From Candidatus Latescibacterota bacterium (GTDB taxonomy: Bacteria > Latescibacterota > UBA2968 > UBA8231), in NCBI GenBank assembly GCA_965248355.1, contig OZ252098.1:608001-672000 (forward strand): DNA of 64,000 nucleotides, written 5' to 3'. Below are positions 59,340 to 64,000 of this stretch, piece after piece. A program made the position numbers and the translations under genes. How positions within the stretch are numbered: the stretch's first letter is position 1; each line of letters begins with the position of its first letter. Under the pieces are notes generated by a model. That model did no database searches, had not been told where the DNA came from, and saw only the letters and a program-made list of their open reading frames with translations.

Positions 59340-60173
59340 ATGCTGAGAGCGATAGCCCTTGTCCTGCTGTTCGCCGCCCTTCCAGGGATCTGCTCGGCCG
59401 GGGGCCCTCCGGTCCTGGCACCGCTCGAGATCCCGGTGCTGACGGATGTAGATGCCATACAGGTGGACGGTGCCCTGACGGATTGGCGGCAGGTCGTCGG
59501 TCCGCCGATCCTGACGGTAGCCGACACGTGGACTGACCCCAGCGAGTCCACCTCTGCGTTCTGCCCGCAGCTTTTCTGGATCGAGATCTGGATTGCCGTG
59601 CTGCCGCCGGATCGCGTGCTCGTCGCCTTCGAGCGAATCGATCATGTGATCTCCGATCGGCCCTTCGACATCTGGCACGACGGCCAGTTCGAGTTCATGG
59701 TCGAGGTGGCTCCGCAGGAGGTCGCCGCGGACGCGGCCACGGCGCAGCGAGTCGAGGTGCTTCCCTTCGCCGAGGACGGTCTCTCGATCCGCTACACCGG
59801 AGCGGTGGGCGCGTGGCGGAACACGGCGGAGTTCATCCACGGAGTGGCTGCTCTGGACCCGGATGAGAAGGTGACGGGCGTCGAGTTGTCGCTCACGGTT
59901 TTCGACGTGGTGAGCGATGCGGGCCCCGGGGAGAGCGTACGCTCCGACCTGAGGATCGGTGACACCATCACCCTGGCCGTGCTCGCCGCCGACAACAATG
60001 GCGATGGACGTTCGAGCTGCTACAGTGTCATCAACTATCCCCCTGCCGGGGCCAGGCGTCTGCAGGAGGACGCCAGCGGTTTCGCGCCGGCGGTGCTGGT
60101 CGGTCTGGAGCCAAGAGACACCCAGGCGACCCCCGCGGGATGGGGGCAGATCAAGCACCCCCTGTCGCGCTGA
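59340..60173 (+). CDS. Secreted CBM9/DOMON-like protein, tandem copy 3
   Basis: Signal peptide; IQVDGALTDW; C-terminal TQATPAGWGQIKHPLSR. Confidence 0.65.
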   Translation: MLRAIALVLLFAALPGICSAGGPPVLAPLEIPVLTDVDAIQVDGALTDWRQVVGPPILTVADTWTDPSESTSAFCPQLFWIEIWIAVLPPDRVLVAFERIDHVISDRPFDIWHDGQFEFMVEVAPQEVAADAATAQRVEVLPFAEDGLSIRYTGAVGAWRNTAEFIHGVAALDPDEKVTGVELSLTVFDVVSDAGPGESVRSDLRIGDTITLAVLAADNNGDGRSSCYSVINYPPAGARRLQEDASGFAPAVLVGLEPRDTQATPAGWGQIKHPLSR

Positions 60174-60256
60174 TGGACGGGTGCCGCGGCGGGAAGACCG
60201 CGGCGCCGGTGCAGCCCTCGCCCAGCCTCCCGCCAACATCCTATACTACGCCCCCC

Positions 60257-61777
60257 ATGCGCGTCGCCACCGGCACCATCAGCCACGAGTCGAGCACCTT
60301 CACGCCGGTGCCCACCGACCGCGGCAACTACGACGCCCGCTTCGGCTACCTGCGCGGCGACGAGCTGATCCGCACCTTCCGCGGCACCAACAGCCCCATG
60401 GGAGGCTTCATCGAGGGCGCCGAGGCCCACGGCTTCGAGCTCGTTCCCACGATCCACGCCGAGCCCCATCCGAGCGCCCCCACCCCTCGCCCCCTCTTCG
60501 ACGAGATCCTGAACGAGCTCCTCGACGGCCTCCGCGCCGCCGGAGAGATCGACGGCGTCCTCCTCGAGCTGCACGGGTCGATGGCGGCCGGGGGCCTCGA
60601 CGACGCCGACGGCCACATCCTCAGCCGGGTCCGCGAGGTCGTGGGTCCCGGGGTGCCGGTCTGCGCCGCCCACGACATCCACACCAACATGTCGGCCGAG
60701 ATGGTGGCCGCCGCCGACGTGCTCATCGGACGCGAGAGCTACCCGGAGGTGGACATGGCCGAGCGGGGCCGCGAGTGCGCCGACGTGCTGGTGCGCATCG
60801 TCCGGGAGGGCCTGCGGCCGGCCATGGCCTACCACCCGGTGCCGATGATGTGGGGCATGCACCAGGTCACCGCCCACCCGCCGATGCGGGAGACGATCGA
60901 GCGGCTCCACGGGATCGAGGCCCGGCCGGGGGTGGTCTGCGCCTCGGTCTGCACCTGCTTCCCCCTGGCCGACGTGCCCTGCATGGGCGCCTCGGTGACC
61001 GTGGTGACCGACGGCGACGAGGAGCTGGCCCAGGCCTGCGCCGACGAGCTGGGCGGCTGGATCTGGGAGCGCCGCCGCGACTGGCACGAGCCACGCCGGC
61101 CGACGGAGGAAGTGCTGCGGCAGGTCGAGGCCGACGGACTCTTTCCCGCCGTCGTCGCCGACCGCGACGACAACACCGGCGGCGGATCCCCCGGGGACAG
61201 CACCGGGATGCTGCGGGCCTTCGTCGAGGCCGGCCTGGGCAACGCCTGCGTTCTCTACATGGTCGACCCGGAATCGGTGGCCGCCTGCCATCGGGCCGGG
61301 GCCGGCGCCGGCGCCACCCTCGACCTGCGGGTGGGCGGCAAGTCCCATCCCCTGCAGGGCGAGCCGGTGCCCATGAAGGCCCGCGTGAAGGCCGTCAGCG
61401 ACGGCGCCTTCCGCTACGACGGGCCGATCTTCGCCGGCCTCGAGGCGAGCATGGGACCGTCCGCCCACATCGAGCAGGACGGCGTGCACGTGCTGCTGGT
61501 GACGGAGCGCGAGCAGCCCTTCGACACCGCCTTCGCCCGCACCCTCGGCCTGGATCCGCGGCGGATGCGCTGGGTGGGGGTCAAGTCGGCGGCCCACTTC
61601 CGCGCCGGCTTCGAGTCGTGGGCCGGGGCCGTGCACCTGGTGGGGGAGTCCTCCGTGCACTCCCCCCAGGCGGTGACCTTCCGCAATCTGGGGCGCCGCG
61701 TCTTCCCCCTCGACGAGGAGGGGCGGTTCGACGAGTCCCTGCTCGAATCCGGAGCGCAGACCTCTCCCGGGAGCTGA
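60257..61777 (+). CDS. M81 family metallopeptidase (MlrC-like)
   Basis: HESSTF, LELHGSM, HDIHTN, YPEVD, DNTGGG, VKSAAHFRAGF. Confidence 0.9.
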   Translation: MRVATGTISHESSTFTPVPTDRGNYDARFGYLRGDELIRTFRGTNSPMGGFIEGAEAHGFELVPTIHAEPHPSAPTPRPLFDEILNELLDGLRAAGEIDGVLLELHGSMAAGGLDDADGHILSRVREVVGPGVPVCAAHDIHTNMSAEMVAAADVLIGRESYPEVDMAERGRECADVLVRIVREGLRPAMAYHPVPMMWGMHQVTAHPPMRETIERLHGIEARPGVVCASVCTCFPLADVPCMGASVTVVTDGDEELAQACADELGGWIWERRRDWHEPRRPTEEVLRQVEADGLFPAVVADRDDNTGGGSPGDSTGMLRAFVEAGLGNACVLYMVDPESVAACHRAGAGAGATLDLRVGGKSHPLQGEPVPMKARVKAVSDGAFRYDGPIFAGLEASMGPSAHIEQDGVHVLLVTEREQPFDTAFARTLGLDPRRMRWVGVKSAAHFRAGFESWAGAVHLVGESSVHSPQAVTFRNLGRRVFPLDEEGRFDESLLESGAQTSPGS

Positions 61778-61779
61778 GC

Positions 61780-62865
61780 ATGCAGAGCTACCGCGCCGCC
61801 CTCGTCGGCTGCAGCCGCATGGGCGCCTTCATCGACAACGAGGTACCCCCGGCGCGCCGGCCGTACTCGCACGCCGCCGGGTACGAGGCCTGCGAGCGCA
61901 CCGACATGGCGGCCTGCTCCGACCTGCGCCCGGAAGTGATGGAGCAGGTGGGGCGGCGCTACGGGGTGCCCGCCGACCGGCAGTACACCGACTACCGGCA
62001 GATGATCGAGGCGGAGAAGCCCGAGATCCTCAGCGTCGCCACCCAGCCCGAGCATCGCCGCGAGGTCGTCGTCTTCGCCGCCGCCCACGGGGTCCGCGCC
62101 ATCTACGCCGAGAAGGCCTTCAGCGCCTCCCTCGCCGACGCGGACGCCATGGTCGAGGCCTGCGAGGCCAACGGCGTGGTCCTCAACATGGGCACGAACC
62201 GGCGCTGGGACCCCGGGTTCGACTGCATGAAGGAGGTCATCGACGGGGGCCGCCTCGGCCGGCTGCAGTCGCTGGTGCTGCATTCGACGGGCACCCTCTT
62301 CAACAGCGCCAGCCACGGCTTCGACCTGCTCCTGCGCCTGAACTCGGACCGGCCCGTGGCCTGGGTGCAGGCCCACCTGCCCAACGGCGAGACCGTCTTC
62401 GACGGGGACCGGCTGAGCGAGGATCCCGTCGGCCACGGGATCCTGCAGTTCGCCGACGGGGTCACGGCCTACGCTCTCAACAGCGGCCGGGGGAGTGAGA
62501 TCGAGGCGGTCTGCAGCGGCGGCGTGGCCACGGCGATGCAGAACGGCGAGGAGTGGGAGATCCGGGAGCCCAAGGGGCAAGACCACCGCGGGCGCCCGCT
62601 GCTGGGCCGGAGCCCCTTCCCGGAGTTCGAGCGCAAGAGCTCGACCCTGTGCCTGGTCGAGGACCTGGTGCACAGTCTCGACACCGGCGAGCCGCCCCGG
62701 GGAGGCGCGCCCCTGGCGCGCACCAACACCGAGCTGATCTTCGCCTTCATCGAGTCCCACGTGCGCGGCGGCGCCCGGGTGGAACTGCCGCTGCAGGCCA
62801 GCCGCCCCTACCGCATGGAGCGCGACCGGGCGCCGCGGCAACCGAAGTACCAGCCCGACGATTGA
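61780..62865 (+). CDS. Gfo/Idh/MocA family oxidoreductase
   Basis: VGCSRMG, SVATQPEHR, YAEKA, NRRW, ASHGFD. Confidence 0.88.
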   Translation: MQSYRAALVGCSRMGAFIDNEVPPARRPYSHAAGYEACERTDMAACSDLRPEVMEQVGRRYGVPADRQYTDYRQMIEAEKPEILSVATQPEHRREVVVFAAAHGVRAIYAEKAFSASLADADAMVEACEANGVVLNMGTNRRWDPGFDCMKEVIDGGRLGRLQSLVLHSTGTLFNSASHGFDLLLRLNSDRPVAWVQAHLPNGETVFDGDRLSEDPVGHGILQFADGVTAYALNSGRGSEIEAVCSGGVATAMQNGEEWEIREPKGQDHRGRPLLGRSPFPEFERKSSTLCLVEDLVHSLDTGEPPRGGAPLARTNTELIFAFIESHVRGGARVELPLQASRPYRMERDRAPRQPKYQPDD

Positions 62866-62935
62866 GAACGGGACCGGAGCCGTTGGCGCGGCCCTCAGGC
62901 CGGGGCCAGATTACCCGCACACCGAGGAGGAGAGC

Positions 62936-64000
62936 GTGAAGATCCGAGAGGTGAAGAGCTGGACCGTCCACATCCCCTACGCGGCTCCCGTCGGACCCTA
63001 CGTCGGCCGCGGAGGAGGGGGCGGCACCCTCGGAGGCACGGCGCTCATCGTGCGCGTCGACAGCGACGACGGGCTCACCGGCTGGGGGGAGGGCACGGCC
63101 CGCCTGGAGCCGGCCGCCGTCGACCTGCTGACCGGACGGCGCGCCGACGATGTGGAGGGCGCCCTGGCGGCCCTGGGGGCGTCGGGCGTCGGGCCCGGTC
63201 CCGCCTCGGGGGTGGAGATGGCCTTGTGGGACCTGCTCGGCCAGCGCGCCGGCCTGCCCCTGTGCAGCCTCCTCGGGGGGCGCCTGCGCGAGGAGGCCGA
63301 GTTCACGGCCTGCATGGGCCTGAAGGAGCCCTCGGAGTCGGCGGCCACGGCCCGCGAGTACGTCGACCGCTGGGGCTTCACCTCCCTCAAGACCAAGGCC
63401 GGCGACGACCCCGACCTCGACCTGCGCATCGCCGAGGCGGTGGTGAAGGAGATCGGCGGCGAGGCCGAGCTGCGGCCCGACGCCAACTCCGGGTACGGCC
63501 CGGAGCGCGCCTTCGAGTTGATGCAGAAGATGAAGGGGGTGGGCGTGAACCGCTTCGAGGATCCCTGCGCCGGAGAGCACGCCGAGGTGCTCCTCCGCTG
63601 CCGCGAGGAGGCGGGCATGGAGATTCTCGTCAACCAGGGGGTGACCGGCCCCGAGAGCGCCGTGCCCCTGCTCACCTCCGGCGCCGGCGACTACCTGATG
63701 CCGGACACGCCGGCCGCCGGCGGCGTGCTGCCGGTGCAGAAGGTGGCGCGCGTGGCCGAGGGCTTCGGCGTGCCCTGCCTGATGCACTGCTCCCACGACC
63801 TGGGGCTGAAGACCGTGGCCATCACCCACCTGGCCGCCTCGACGCCGAACTTCTCCGGACCCAGCGACACCTGCTACCACGGCCTGGTGGACGACGTGCT
63901 CGCCGAGCCCCTGGTCTTCCGGGGCGGCCGGATCGCCGTGCCCGACAGGCCCGGTCTCGGCGTCGAAGTGGACGAGGACAAGCTGGAGCGATACTCGATA
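62936..64000 (+). CDS. Mandelate racemase/muconate lactonizing enzyme family protein, stop codon outside window
   Basis: GTG after GAGGAG; DDGLTGWGE, EMALWDLLG, KTK, RPDAN, FEDP, PGLGVEVD. Confidence 0.88.
   Translation, partial: MKIREVKSWTVHIPYAAPVGPYVGRGGGGGTLGGTALIVRVDSDDGLTGWGEGTARLEPAAVDLLTGRRADDVEGALAALGASGVGPGPASGVEMALWDLLGQRAGLPLCSLLGGRLREEAEFTACMGLKEPSESAATAREYVDRWGFTSLKTKAGDDPDLDLRIAEAVVKEIGGEAELRPDANSGYGPERAFELMQKMKGVGVNRFEDPCAGEHAEVLLRCREEAGMEILVNQGVTGPESAVPLLTSGAGDYLMPDTPAAGGVLPVQKVARVAEGFGVPCLMHCSHDLGLKTVAITHLAASTPNFSGPSDTCYHGLVDDVLAEPLVFRGGRIAVPDRPGLGVEVDEDKLERYSI

Larger units (their letters stand above)
57562..60173 (+). repeat. Tandem triplication of an ~840-bp gene
   Basis: Long near-identical nucleotide blocks, e.g. 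GCGGCCACGGCGCAGCGAGTCGAGGTGCTTCC in all three copies. Confidence 0.9.

Noticed and set aside
57562..60173. Diversity-generating retroelement behind the triplet variation
   Set aside because: No reverse transcriptase in the window; differences are not adenine-specific and include indels

Overview
High-GC bacterial chromosomal window. The gene repertoire (YPNPFN-type C-terminal secretion domains, WGxxK-type C-terminal tails, a DUF6785-like membrane protein, paired large ABC-2-like permeases) suggests an FCB-related lineage such as Latescibacterota or Gemmatimonadota; this is inference only. Intact core genes (tRNA-Phe, murA, miaB, mtaB, pcrA/uvrD, mltG, a heterodimeric ABC exporter) alternate with sugar-acid, glycan and amide catabolic genes and with decaying accessory DNA (an IS256 element, an ApeA-like HEPN gene, a PIN-like gene, several internally deleted pseudogenes). 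Main observations: (1) three toxin-antitoxin modules within about 4 kb whose toxins are each internally deleted while the antitoxins, and the operators of the two higBA loci, survive; (2) a mosaic tandem triplet of secreted CBM9-like proteins ending in a short T-x-[VA]...G-W-G-x-x-K tail, possibly a minimal sorting signal; (3) a voltage-gated channel with the TLEDWTD filter broken by one in-frame TAG; (4) a multi-stem candidate leader RNA ahead of a heparinase-like gene; (5) an orphan sigma54-type promoter with repeated enhancer-like sites. No CRISPR array, rRNA, phage genes or reverse transcriptase were seen. All family calls come from motif recognition, not database searches.
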